A stretch of 64,000 nt of DNA, from the NCBI RefSeq assembly GCF_964194025.1, contig NC_134470.1, positions 20,708,001 through 20,772,000 of the forward strand, in the 5' to 3' direction. Below, one piece after another: positions 24,124 to 36,165 of this stretch. Every line of letters begins with the position of its first letter. Position 1 is the stretch's first letter. The DNA is from Convolutriloba macropyga. Its lineage: Eukaryota. Position numbers and translations under genes: made by a program. The notes beneath the pieces are model-generated. The model did not search any database. It was not told where the DNA came from and worked only from the letters and a program-made list of their open reading frames with translations.

Positions 24124-26989
24124 TACTCATTCTGAAATGCTATCTTACTTAATTAGGGCACCCTTCTCTAATTGCCTTGCATCAGCTGGCAATGATTGCA
24201 CGCAAGCAAGAACTTTGCAAAAATAAAGTTCAGTTCCCAATTTTTGTCTAAACTTTTTGACACAAGTCTTAATTTTCTGTCGACTAAATCAGAAAACGTA
24301 AATAATTCAAATTGAAAAATTGCCAGAAAAGTAAGCCTAATTGGTTTTCACTTAATAGCTTGGGCTTATTAAAATATTCAATGCATGTTTGATATACCTG
24401 GGCTGTAATTTAGCACGTCAAATAAAAATTGTGATTTGCATCACAAAATGCTTTTGCTAATACTACACAAAACAGAGTCATACCATTGATTGGCGAACAA
24501 TTATTGGCTGAAATTTGTACATACCACGAGAACGGAGAAAATTCAAGCTCTAATTTCCGATTTAATCAATAATTTTGGAAAGAATCAATACAAGGTGGCA
24601 TCCGGAAACGTATAAAGTCCGTCATAGAAAAGCAGAGGTCAAAAATAAAATTTCAAAAGTTAAAACAAAATTTCAAGAGCTAACATTAAGAACGAATGCC
24701 GTATGTTAGAAAAGGAAACAAAACATGAGTAATGTATTGACACAACTCAGTTATTGACACACTGTTCTTCAAGACGATTTTGTTACCTAAATGACACTAG
24801 TTTGTATAGAAACACAAACTTTCTTACGTTAGTCGTGTATGATCAATCCGCTCCTAGGGAAGACATCTGAAAAAAAACTCAAACCAGCTAAACAAAAAAA
24901 AATTAAACAATCTCAGGAAATTCTTCGCCCGTTCATAAGGCATATAACACCTAGACGAACGCGTATAGACTAAAAGCAAACAGACCAGATCGAAATTACT
25001 GATTCCATAATTATTAAACTTATCTGACAAAAACCAACTGCTGATTAAAAGAAAAACAGAAAGCTCGACATACCCAGTTTACTTACTCAAAGATGACAAT
25101 TTCCCTATACTAATTTCAAAGCCTTTTGGTGAATAAATAAGATATTATCAAACAATTGCATCGCAAACAAGCTAAAAACACTCACTAGCGAGGAATAAGC
25201 AAACGACTCCACAACAGTAATTGAGCTAGAGCAGGTCATACTCCGTAAAAAAGCCCCGTGCTGCTCTCGCAAAAATCAATTGTACATTACCCAATATATA
25301 GAATGTTTCCTCATTTTCTCCCATAATTCAGAAAATCAATGTTTTGTTTGACATTTTAAAAACCAAAAAGTCGCAATATTATCGAAAAAGCTTACAACCC
25401 TACAAATTTTGAAAGACTTTGGTAGAGCAAAATCACAAAAACCATTGCTACACAAAATCTAATTCAAACATCGGAGTCACAGCAACAGTTTTTCTAACTG
25501 CAAATCGACTATCACCAAGGTCCCCAATTAACGCTTGTTTAAAATTTAGTATTCATAAAACTGAGCCGTATACAGAACTTGACATTCAACAAAGTCACGC
25601 AAACTTCAGGAAAAATGGAGGCAGATTACCAAAAAATTGCTGCGATAGCTTCTAAGACGTAAAAAAATTTGGAGAGCGTTTTTATACAAATTGTGATGTC
25701 TAACTGATTTAGTTTATCTACTGTAAAAATGCCCTCAAATTACCTTCAATTCAAGTTAGATATCCTCAATTGACTTCTTCTCCTCTAATTAAAGAAAGCA
25801 AAACTCAAATTCACAGACAGAATCCTTTTGAGAAGGTTAGTAAAGTGTGACCAAAAACTGTTCACGAGGAAGAAAGCTCGTTAAATATGCGCGTGACGTC
25901 ACACAGCATTTCAGTCCAAAAATGCATCTATGAAAGAACAAAAGCTGATTTGAAGTGAGCATGACGTCTTATGCTCGGAGCAAGATCTTGACGAGAAATA
26001 AAAATCAAGAGCAGGCCAATAATAGCTTGCTCAGCGAACGCAGTCTAAAGTGAAAAAAATTTCTTAACATAACCGACAAACTCCGGACGAATTAATTTTG
26101 AACGCCAGTCGAAGACAAATTCTTTTGTAGCCTATGTTTGCCAAAAGTCTGGATTGTAGACTGCTTGAACAAGTGGAAAAGCGTCAAAAAAGACCTTCAA
26201 ATGATTTCATTAGGGCTTCTCATTGACTAGAAATGGGAAAAATCAAACCAATTTTGGATACTTTTGAGCTCTGCTAGCATGCTGTTGCCAATTAAGATCA
26301 GAAGTTTAAAATTTTGGAACATAACCGACTAACGTCGGGCCAATTGCTCTCAAACGACCGGCGAGCGGTTGGCTTCGTCAACAGCTAGCCACGGTTTGGT
26401 GACCTCAGGGCGCTACATCTTTATCCCGTTTCTGAATACGAGTCAGATGAGTCAGACGAAAAATCAGCCAAGAGAAAAATTGCATAAAGACAAACAGGAT
26501 TAAAATATTTGCTACAAATTGCTTTTGAGACCAATTAACAATGGTTACCTAAAAGTGCCTGTGAGATCATTTATGATAGATAAAAACATTTTAACTATAA
26601 CAAATTGCTAATGAGGATCAGAGATGGTGACATTACGCCACATAACAGCAGCTGAAGTGCGGAATCAACAAAGAGAGAGAGAGAGAGAGAGAGAGATAAA
26701 ACGTGAACGAGAAAGAGAAGGAAAGGAACCTTAACGAAAGAGAGAGAAGGAGACAGGAATATCTTCCATGATTGGATTCCACACTGCAACTTCTAGTTTT
26801 CTAACCTTGTTAATAAATAAATCATAGAAATAAACTGAAAAAGGCAAAATTAAAACATAAATTTTCAACTTCTCAATAAAATTCACAACCATTTTTTGTC
26901 TCGAAAGTTCTGTCAAGTAACCCATCTCCAAGGCTTCTCCAAGTTTCGTTGGCCAGTAATGGTTGTTAAACTCAGAAAAGGACAAAAAA

Positions 26990-28200
26990 ATATCGAAAAA
27001 ATTTGGAAAATTGCAAATTTTAACAAAATCTTACTAAAATTCAAAACATTAAAATCTTAAGAACCATTTCATTTTCTCAAGAGACTATCCAGTATCCCTG
27101 TTGCAAGCCTGAAATAATTTTACTAGCTCATAAAGATCCATACGCTTGGAGCATAAAAATTTTCCAAAAATTTGAAAAGTTTAAATTTTATCCAAATATT
27201 AATAAAACTGGAGTCATAAAATTTTGTTCACAATCCCATTAACTCTAGAAACTATACAGCAGCTTATTATCAAACCCTGGAGGAGGTCCTAGGGCCTCCA
27301 TTGCCGGAAAAAACTCAAAAACATGAAATTGAAAATAATTTACAAAATTGCTTAAATTCGTGATATTAAAATCTTGAACAACATTCCATTACATCTATAA
27401 ACTTTGCAGTAACATATTGTCAAACCCTAGAGGAAGTTCTGTGGTTCTTGAGGCTAGAGAAACCTAAAAAATGACAAAAAATTTCAAAAAACTTTTTAAA
27501 AAATTTCAGTTTTATAAAAAAGAATTGCTAAAACTTGATATTAAAAAGTTGAAAATTAATCCATGACCAATAAAAACTTTCCCGTAACTTATTATCAAAA
27601 CCTAACAGAGGCTTTTTTGACCCTTTAGGCTCAAAAATCTGAATAATGACTATAAATGTTAAAAAATTCAAAAATGGCAAAAAAAAATCAAAAATATGCT
27701 AAAATTCGTAATGTTAAATACTTGCAAGACATTCCATTAAATCTGGAAATTATTCAGTAACGTATTTTCAATTCCTAGAGGAGGTTCATTAGCTCTTAAG
27801 ACTAAAAAAACTAAAAAAGACAAAATTTCAAAAATTTGAAAAAAAAGCAAGTTTTATCAAAAACTTTCTAAAATTTGTGACATTACAAAGTTGAAAAACT
27901 ATTTTATGACCATTAAAAATTTGTCAGTAACTTATTATCAAACCCAAGAGGATGTTTTCTGGCCCCTGGGTTTGGAAAGACCTGAATAAGGAAAAAAAAA
28001 TGATGAAAAAATTGCACGTTTTGACAAAAAAATTGCTAAAATTCGTGATGTTAAAATGTTGAAACCATTCCATTACCACTAAAAACAATGCAGTAACCTA
28101 TTATCAAACCCTACAGGAGGTTCCTTGACACCTAGGGCTGATAAAAAACGAAAAATGTCAAAAATTTTCAAGAAGCTTGAAAAAAAATAGCCAAATAGTA
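26990..28200. repeat. Diverged tandem array, ~150-176-bp units, about 7 copies
   Basis: Core CCAT..AAAACTTT.CAGTAACTTATTATCAAACCCTAGAGGAGG recurs near 27065, 27235, 27385, 27561, 27734, 27905 and 28070. Confidence 0.8.
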
Positions 28201-28221
28201 TAAATTTGCGTTTTCAGCAAG

Positions 28222-28377
28222 CGGTTGTTCGTCAGTAGCCAGCCACGACAAGGGGGGGGGGGGGGGGGGGGGTTGCGGGGTTGCACCGGGGGCCGATTGG
28301 GGGCAACACATGGGGTGAGGGGGGGGCAACAGCGAGGTGGGGCAATAGGGGGGGTCAACAGTGGGGGTGTCTTCAAC
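28222..28377 (+). repeat. G-rich tract with G-quadruplex potential; related inverted copy at ~61935-62095
   Basis: Many G runs. Both copies are bracketed by CGGTTGTTC and a GGGG.GT..CTTCAA-like end. Confidence 0.55.
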
Positions 28378-28474
28378 CTCTAAGAACCGCCCTTCACACC
28401 ATAAGTATAAGTCTCCAAAACAGTTTGAGCTGAAACAGAGCTGAAAATCTCTAAAAGCACTTAATGCCCGCTGG

Positions 28475-28612
28475 GCGCTACCTGTTTATCCCGTTTTTGA
28501 GGACGAAAAGTCAAAAGCGTCAGACAAAAAATCGGTCAAGCGAAAAATCGCATAAGAAAGACCGACAGGACTAATATAATTGCTACAAACTTCGTTTGAG
28601 AGCAATTAATAA
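28475..28612 (+). repeat. Interspersed repeat (TTATCCCGTTT...GTCAGAC...TTGCTACAAA family); other copies near 9140, 10350, 14900, 26415
   Basis: Shared motifs in the same order at several loci; ends not defined. Confidence 0.6.
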
Positions 28613-29317
28613 GAGAAATCAGAATGTCGCACAACTCATGTCATTGGCGAGAAATCAACTAAGAAGTCATATTTCTAGTTGAACTAATACTTCAATTGCA
28701 AACACGTGAAAAAACGACCTTGCAAACTTTGGGAATCGAACTCTTCACCAGCAAAATCGCTGATGTGGCCCTCAAGTTGCACAAGAAGCCAATTTCTAGA
28801 CAAGGAAGACAAAATTTTCTAAAATTTTAATAGTTGATTTAATAACACATAAAAATAGGTTCTATAATCCAGTTGAACAGAATTGAACGAGATAAATTGC
28901 CCTGAAAACGTCACTCGAGAAAACTGAAAGAAAAACATTTCGAAAAGATATCACCACAAATTTATCATTTTTGGAGCCCAAAAGAAGCAACCTGTGATCT
29001 CAGACACAATTATTGTCAGACATACGAGGCTTAAGCTCGGTAAATAACGTTTTTCTCTCATATGAAACAAAAATTTCTCAGCAATTGCTACCGTTCTATC
29101 AAATTAATGAAGTACCTATCAAATTCCTACGTTTTCAAATTCCTGAAGGTTGTAATAAAAACAAATATATAAAATATAGTTCTTGCTTTACAATTCATAC
29201 AATTCTAACTACATACATTCTTCTTAAAGGATTTCCAGCAGCACAAAATAGAATCTCGATTTAATAAACTTATTAGCACAAATTATTGAAAATTTAATGA
29301 ACTACACTCAGGGAGCA

Positions 29318-30148
29318 CTATGATGACTCGAACTCTTTCAAATAAATCATTTGATTTTTCTTGAACTTGTTGCTCAAACCATTGACCCAGAATCGCAACA
29401 TCATTTGTTCCAATTCAGTGTTAGCCTCCAACATTTTGAAACAGGTCTGCATTTTCGATTTGTAATTCCTACAATCTGAAAACTTGGTGAACTGATAGAG
29501 AGTTTCCGCTTTACCAATCAAATCTTCCTTCATGCATAAATAGTACGATATAACCTCTACCGAGCTGAAATCGTGAGTGTTTGTCAAAATTTTCTCCAAG
29601 TTAACCAAAATATTAGGCATGTTTTCTCGTTCAAAATAGAAATTAGAGGTAACTTCAAATTTGTAAAGGTTCAGTTCTTGACCATCGCCAATTACATCAA
29701 GTAAAACAAAAAGATCCGATTCCAAAACATGGCTTGGGATTTCCACATTTTCCTTCAAGCCCAAAAAGTTGTATTGGAAGGCTTCAAAATATTGCTTTGA
29801 CTCTGTTTTAATTCGACAACATCCCAAAGGAATCAGCTTTGCAAATGTGTTTAAAATTGCGGTAACGAATTCCTGATTAGTTCCTCTCACAATTACCTGA
29901 TTTCCAATCAAGGTGTGCAGACAGACTATAACAAAGTAGCTTCCTCCTAAAAGCTGATACAAAGCACGGAGAGGTAAAAGGATTTTAGAGCTGGTAGTAA
30001 GAGGATCTTCCTGAACTGTTTCTAAAGATGTCCGCAAGAACTCATCACTGATCAAGTCTTTGGAAACTTCAGTGGCCACTTCACTGTCGTGGTCAGTCAC
30101 TCGCACCCAATCAGGAATCGGCACTTCCACAAAGAACGAAAATGAATT
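29318..30148 (-). CDS. FLCN: Folliculin, exon 3 (C-terminal DENN-like region, includes stop)
   Basis: TTTCAG acceptor; phase-0 join WILK|NSFSF. GNQVIVRG, LIPLGCCRI, YNFLGL and LRFW..GLS match the folliculin C-terminus. Confidence 0.9.
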   Translation of the reverse strand, partial: NSFSFFVEVPIPDWVRVTDHDSEVATEVSKDLISDEFLRTSLETVQEDPLTTSSKILLPLRALYQLLGGSYFVIVCLHTLIGNQVIVRGTNQEFVTAILNTFAKLIPLGCCRIKTESKQYFEAFQYNFLGLKENVEIPSHVLESDLFVLLDVIGDGQELNLYKFEVTSNFYFERENMPNILVNLEKILTNTHDFSSVEVISYYLCMKEDLIGKAETLYQFTKFSDCRNYKSKMQTCFKMLEANTELEQMMLRFWVNGLSNKFKKNQMIYLKEFESS

Positions 30149-30235
30149 CTGAAACATAAATACATACTTGCCACACAGTAATCATAAATTATCATCTCAG
30201 AACAGCACTAAGAGCACCATAAGGCGCAGAACCAA

Positions 30236-31323
30236 AAACATAGCCGGCAGATTGCCGGAAAATCATCGCCGCTGACGCGCTTGATGCACATCGGGATTGA
30301 AACAGAAAAGGAAAAAAAAGAAGAGACAAATTAACCGATTTTTGTTGTTTTTTTTTTCAGTGTCAAAAAGTATTCTAATTGGCGCGCAGTGTTAGTTAGA
30401 TTCTAAAACTATAGTTAATTTAGCTTCTAAACTGAAAGCTAACAAAATTAATACCGATATCAGCTAGCAAACACTCTAGTGAACTTTGATAAACTAAATC
30501 TCAATGAATTAATGACCGGTCTTTATCGGTTTAACCCGTCTTTCGACTTCACTTTTTTTTTGACGGATTTCACTATATTGTATAATTCAATGCATGAAAG
30601 AATTTAAAATCCATTCAGTTGAAACAGTGAGTGAAGTGAGTAAGAAGTCAAACGTGAAAATCGTGACTTATGTAAAACAAAAAACGTGATCAATCAAACA
30701 GTAAAGCGAATTAAAACATAGCAGGACAAGCGCTGACGTACAATACAAAGAATATTCATTGACTAAACAAAAAAACTAGACCTAGAACGGACTATGATTG
30801 AATTGGGAAAACCAATTCTAAAAAAAATCAGATCAAAAAAATTTGGAAAAAAAAACTAAATCAATGTCAACATGCCGCATGCGAACAAAGAACCACTAAC
30901 GAGAAATAGAAATTTTGGTTCAAACAAAAAACTAGGCCTAGAATGAACCATGTATGCACTGGGAAAACCATTAAAGAAAAAAATCCAATCAAAAAAAATC
31001 GAGAAAACGGTAGAAATCAAAGTGAAGTTGCCGCATGTGAACAAAAACCCACTACCGAGAGAGCGAAATTTTGTTCAAACACCGTTTTCTCACTCTACTT
31101 TAAAATTAGAGCGACAAAATTTTACGCCGCGAAACGACTCGCTTTTTCGCTCCACTTCCTGATTCGGCGTGACCAAAATCACAACTCCAATTTGACTTCA
31201 AAAATCATGAAAATAGTGTGAGCAGATCTTTAAAAAAAAGACAGCGCCCCAATGCAATTCAAATTGTTTGAATAAAGGAAAGCGCCTAAATAATCGCCGT
31301 TGGAGAGTCTGACAGCGGCTATT
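30236..31323 (-). mobile_element. HINE, second subfamily, in folliculin intron 2
   Basis: AAACATAGCCGGCAGATTGCCGG stem-loop plus ATCGCCGCTG at the left end; CAGCGGCTATT at the right end; same internal modules. Confidence 0.75.
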
Positions 31324-31341
31324 GAAAAACTACGAGACCAA

Positions 31342-31491
31342 TAATAGCCCCAGCTATCGCTTCGTTGATATTAATCATATTACATCACGCGCACAAATCA
31401 AACTCGTTGGAGACAGAAATCAGAGAATTCAAATTGTTGCAACAGTTGATGGAGACAAATTAATGAGAACGCTATTGCTACGGGGCTATTA
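31342..31491. mobile_element. ~150-bp MITE-like element
   Basis: Imperfect ~25-bp TIR TAATAGCCCC.../...GGGGCTATTA, with CAA on both flanks (possible TSD). Confidence 0.5.
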
Positions 31492-31514
31492 CAATGGTTT
31501 CAGTGCATTCTCAC

Positions 31515-31883
31515 CTTTAATATCCACGCAAACTGTTTGTGGAGCCTTTCAAAAACATCTTCGCAGTTAACCAAAGTGGCCAGACTTCTGGCAGTCACGG
31601 CTCTGGTACGTTGGAAAGTCTTGCTCGCAGCCGTGGTATGTTTACTTTCAGAATTGAACACTTGCTCTGCTTTTTTCACCAGTCCTTCAATTACAATGTT
31701 GAAGTTCTCCTCGAAGAATGCCCAGTAGTTGACGAGAAAATAACGATCCCTACTCCAGGCAAGTAAGCTGTAGAGACGCTGAAGACCTCTGGCCTTGGAG
31801 TCGTGTAGATTAAAAACTTGGGATAAAGTGTAGCCGTTCTTCGTATCTCCGAAGAAAATACACGATTTCTGACCCACTCCAAC
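31515..31883 (-). CDS. FLCN: Folliculin, exon 2 (longin domain with arginine-finger motif)
   Basis: TTTTAG acceptor and GTGAGA donor; 369 nt. IFFGD, DSKARGLQRLYS (human DSLARGFQRWYS), ARSL and LH..FAWILK. Confidence 0.95.
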
Positions 31884-32095
31884 CTAAAACAAAACTGTAC
31901 ATTTGGTGGACAAACAAACACTACTCTTGAAGGTCAGGGGACCTTTTCCAGGATCAATTAAAAAACCGTTAAAAATTATCACAATAAAAGACGTTTCGAC
32001 AGAGCCAAATTGGCCCCTGTCTTCAGGCAAAAAAAACTAAACTTGTGACTCAGTTAAATTTTCAGGCTTGGATAGTCTGTAAATTCAAATCGTAC

Positions 32096-32422
32096 CTCAT
32101 TGCTCAGACTTTTCAAACAAGCCTGTCTAACATGCGAAAAATCATCCGCTGAATCTGGATATTGCGAGCTCTTGTAAACTAGTGGGTCAAAATTTTCTCC
32201 CACACTTCCTCCAGTAGGTTTAAAGGAATCCTTCGAAACAAATCCAGGATGATCCGAGACACTTGTGCATGCCACGCACATACCCCCGCCCTGGTGCGAG
32301 GAACCTCCCGGACTCTGAGTTGCCGCAACGTTGATCTGAGCCAGGGATTTTGTTTCGCTGCAAAATAGAACGCGGGGTCCATGCGCTTCACAGAAGTGAC
32401 AGAGAATAATTTTCAGTGACAT
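32096..32422 (-). CDS. FLCN: Folliculin, exon 1
   Basis: LCHFCEAHGPRVLFC, CVAC and VRQACLKSLSNE, then donor GTACG; 327 nt. The spliced product is ~508 aa. Confidence 0.95.
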
Positions 32423-32743
32423 GATTAGCGTAGAATAGTTCAGTTTCTGTTCTAATACAAGTCAAAGGGCTTTAAACTAGTACGACTTGAAAGGTTCAGA
32501 TTTATCCCATGATCTGAAATAAACGCTGTCTTACCGCATTGCAAGTTACGTACCTGTAATTACTCATTGTCATAAAATTTAGGAGTTCAGCAAAATTCTT
32601 TCACTGAGCCAACAAATTTTTACACTGAGTAATTGCTAGCTGATAGTTTTGCAAATCCCATAAGAGAAGCACCAATTGAAGCAAATAATGGATATAATTA
32701 CTGAGATCTCCTTTTGCAGAAAAAGAAAAAAAAAAGAAAAGTG

Positions 32744-34399
32744 TCAATCCTCTATTTGCATTTTTCTAACTAAACGGACATTATCATACATCAGCTCTCT
32801 TCCAGACCAGGGTGGATCTGCGTTAGCTTCAACATACATCCTGCAGTAAGGATGGATAATCTCATTTGGTCTAATTGACAGTCTCTCAAGAAGCTCAAAC
32901 GTGGTCAAGGGAACGATCGGAGATAGCATAATTGAGCAACATCGCAAACATTCAAAAGTCAGGTACACAACTGATCGAACATAATTAGCATCATCATAAC
33001 GTTTCCAGAACTTTGAATCTTGAAGAAATTTATTCAAAGTATGCAAAACACGCGATATTTCTTCCCAAGCAGAGTTGAACATATAATTTTCATAGTTTTC
33101 TTGAATTCTAAGGACAGCGTTTTCTGTTTCAGATACTAAACTCCCAGACAATGAAAGCGCCTCTGACAAATCTAAGTCACTGGGATAAGGATACATGTTG
33201 CCAATTACTTCTAGACATTTCTTGTTCATCACTCGTCCTGCCGCATTACCATAGCTGTTGGCAAAGTAATCAATCAGTTCGATAAAACAACGGTGGCTGA
33301 AGTTTCCATCTCTTGTTAAGTGACTTCGAGCAATCAAATACAAACGTAAGTAGTCCGAGTTAGTCTGTCCGAGATACTTAAACGGATCCACAACATTGCC
33401 CTTAGTTTTCGACATTTTCTGACCATCGCAGAGCCAATGAGAATGGCAAAGGATAGCTTTTGGTAGTTCATACCCAGCAGCAAGTAGAAAAGATGGCCAA
33501 TAAACAGCATGGAATTTCAGAATGTCTTTTCCAACTATCTGTAGTTCGGCAGGCCAAAATTTATCAATATACTTATTTTCAGTTGCCGTTAGATAGCTTA
33601 CCAAGGCATCCAACCAAACATATATTGTTTGAGAAGGATCGTCTGGAACTTGAATTCCCCAATGGCACCTGGAGGTTGGTCTTGACACCGACAATTTATG
33701 ATCCATTACTTTCTCGTTCATAATCCACAACTCGACTAGTTCTGCGAAAGGTAGTGGTTTAACAAATCCAACTTTCAACGCAGAGAGCACCCGCTCTTTA
33801 TAAGGTTCCAGGTTGAATAGATAATTATTCTCCTCAATTTCACACACTTCGTGACCACTGGATTTCGATACCCTGACCTGGGTGCCATCTTTTTTCGACT
33901 GCAGTTCAGTATCTCTTTCGGCAAGAAATTCCTCGTCATTGACGGAATACCATCCCCTGTATACACCCTTTTCAATAGCCCCGCTTTCAATCAGCTTTCT
34001 CCAGAAACTATTCACATTATTCTTGTGGAACTCAGTTGTCGTCCGAATGAAGGCGTGATAATTGATATTCAAATCATCGAGTAATGACTGAAAGACTCGA
34101 GCTTGTTGATCACAGAATATGGAAACTGGGGTTTCTTTTGCAGCTTCTAAAACTTTTGAACCGTGCTCATCTGTTCCACACGCTAGAAAAACGTGAACAG
34201 AATCGGAATTTTTTACATTCCGCCATCTGCCTATGACATCAGCAAGTAATGACGTATATGCATGACCAATATGCGGAGATGAGTTGACATAGTATATTGG
34301 AGTTGTAATAACGTAGTGTGCTGATCTATCAGCAAACGATTTCGTAATAGCGTGTCGGCAAAACCGTACGTTGAATACATTGCCAAATTTACAAACCAT
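32744..34399 (-). CDS. MARS2: Methionyl-tRNA synthetase, mitochondrial type (intronless, ~551 aa)
   Basis: ITTPIYYVN, PHIGH, GTDEHG, YVWLDAL, GKDILKFH and KMSKT; Cys-free knuckle (GWYSVNDEEF). ATG 34399 is preferred because the upstream part of the ORF runs into a MITE and a basic presequence-like N-terminus starts here. Confidence 0.95.
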   Translation of the reverse strand: MVCKFGNVFNVRFCRHAITKSFADRSAHYVITTPIYYVNSSPHIGHAYTSLLADVIGRWRNVKNSDSVHVFLACGTDEHGSKVLEAAKETPVSIFCDQQARVFQSLLDDLNINYHAFIRTTTEFHKNNVNSFWRKLIESGAIEKGVYRGWYSVNDEEFLAERDTELQSKKDGTQVRVSKSSGHEVCEIEENNYLFNLEPYKERVLSALKVGFVKPLPFAELVELWIMNEKVMDHKLSVSRPTSRCHWGIQVPDDPSQTIYVWLDALVSYLTATENKYIDKFWPAELQIVGKDILKFHAVYWPSFLLAAGYELPKAILCHSHWLCDGQKMSKTKGNVVDPFKYLGQTNSDYLRLYLIARSHLTRDGNFSHRCFIELIDYFANSYGNAAGRVMNKKCLEVIGNMYPYPSDLDLSEALSLSGSLVSETENAVLRIQENYENYMFNSAWEEISRVLHTLNKFLQDSKFWKRYDDANYVRSVVYLTFECLRCCSIMLSPIVPLTTFELLERLSIRPNEIIHPYCRMYVEANADPPWSGRELMYDNVRLVRKMQIED

Positions 34400-34491
34400 A
34401 AGATCTGAATTGAGAAACTTATTTATAGATTCTGAAGCAAATGTATGCACATGTATAATATTTTGCGATTGCCACATATGCAGAAACAGAT

Positions 34492-34945
34492 GGGATCTAT
34501 TCTGTTTGCCCCAGCCCAGTGTGTTTACCACCCCCCCCCCCCCGTTTAAAAATTATATGTTGTTATATAGCACGATACTATGTAAGAATATAGCACGTGC
34601 GCCTGGGGGCGTAAAAAATGTAAGCCCACTAAGCTGGGAGGGGGGGGGGGGGGGGGGGGGTAAAAAAATAGATCCAACAAATGAATGCACTACGTTTTTA
34701 ACTGATCAGTTGATTAAACAAATTCGGATCATGGGGTGGTATCTTTGTTATGCTGCAAGTGGAAAAACTACAATTTCGGGATCTATTCTGCCCCCCCCCC
34801 CCCCCCAGCTTAGTGAGCATAATTTTTTCTGACCCCCAGGCGCACGTGCTATTTTGTTACATAGTAACGTGCTATATAACAAAATATAATTTGTAACTGG
34901 GGGTCATAAAAAATACTGGGGGGGGGGGGCAACAGAATAGATCCC
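34492..34945. mobile_element. Palindromic MITE-like element made of two inverted ~170-185-bp units; further units near 34974 and 35509
   Basis: Outer TIR GGGATCTATTCTGTT/AACAGAATAGATCCC. Arms 34492-34675 and 34778-34945 are imperfect reverse complements. Confidence 0.8.
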
Positions 34946-35839
34946 AATTTCGTTTGTATTCGGAAATTGGTTCGATCTATTCTGTTTCAGACCCCCAATG
35001 TTTATATGCCCCCAACTATATTTTTAGTTTTACTATGCAGAAAGTTACAATGTAAAAAAAAGCACGAGCCCCTGGGAGCGAAAAATTTAATTGACCACTA
35101 AGCTGGGGGAGAATAAAATTTTTATTTAAAAAAAACTTTTTAGGCACGTAATTATTATTATTGGTTTAAGCACCATTTAAAATCTCAACAGTGCAGGAAA
35201 ATTAAAACAGATCAGTTTTGAGTTTTCGCCCGAATAAAATTTCAGATGGTATAAGTTTCAGCTCAAATTATATCTATATCAGCTCATATATCAAAATTTT
35301 TATTGTTGTCACCTTGTGTTGTGATTCTGGAAAAACCATTTCCGGTTTTCAATCTTAAATTTTTTTCTACTGCAAAATTCTACTAACAATTCTACAACCT
35401 CTAAATGATTCTAATCCTAATTGCAATCAGCATCAGATAAAATAAAAGAACTGTTGAAAGATTTGCAAAGTTAATTGAACATATTTATAGGTTCCCGTTA
35501 AAAATACGGATCCGTTTGTGCCCCCATAGTAAATCATTATGAAAAAATATGGCACGTGCGTCTGGGGGGTGCAAATAATATGCTCCCACTAAGCTGCTGC
35601 GGGGGAGGGGGGCACAAAGGGATAAGATCCAAAAATTCGAGCCCAAAATATTTGATCAGAGAAGCGCATTATTGAACGGTAACCTTCAATATTGTGAGAT
35701 ATCAACTTCAGATCAGCTTCTGCTCAAGAACAAAAAAAACTAAATTTTTATTTTTCATTTTATCCTAGCTTGAGGATTCAATCGCAGTACTTTTGCACAA
35801 CTAAAACCCATCAAACTACTTAAGCTGCCTTAATGATTC

Positions 35840-36165
35840 TGTTGGCGCCACTTCAAATCATAAGCAAGAGCCATCAGACAAAAAGAATTAACTTTGAAGC
35901 TGGAAAAACTTAGATTTGTCGAAACTCAATATTGGTCAAAACTAAAAATTTTACAAGTTGGGACTCCAAAGTTGCCCACATCCACCGATTTTGTGAAGGC
36001 AAACCCTGAGCAACCAACGGTCTTAGCATATGGTTAAGGTAAGCTCTAAGCTTTTTATGGATCCAACGAACATTGCATCACACCTTAGAGACTGACTATT
36101 AACACTTATAGGTTGCGAAAATATTCATATATTTCCTATTTATAGCTAACTTTACTTTAATGTTA
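35840..36165 (+). mobile_element. 5' part of an old BEL-family solo LTR
   Basis: TGTTGGCGCCACTTCAAATCA... aligns to the first ~310 bp of LTR 52001-52976; preceded by GATTC. Confidence 0.8.

Noticed and set aside
34400-34531. 44-aa N-terminal extension of MARS2 in the ORF track
   Set aside because: It begins at a non-ATG codon inside a MITE, and an acceptor-like TTCAG lies just before ATG 34399.
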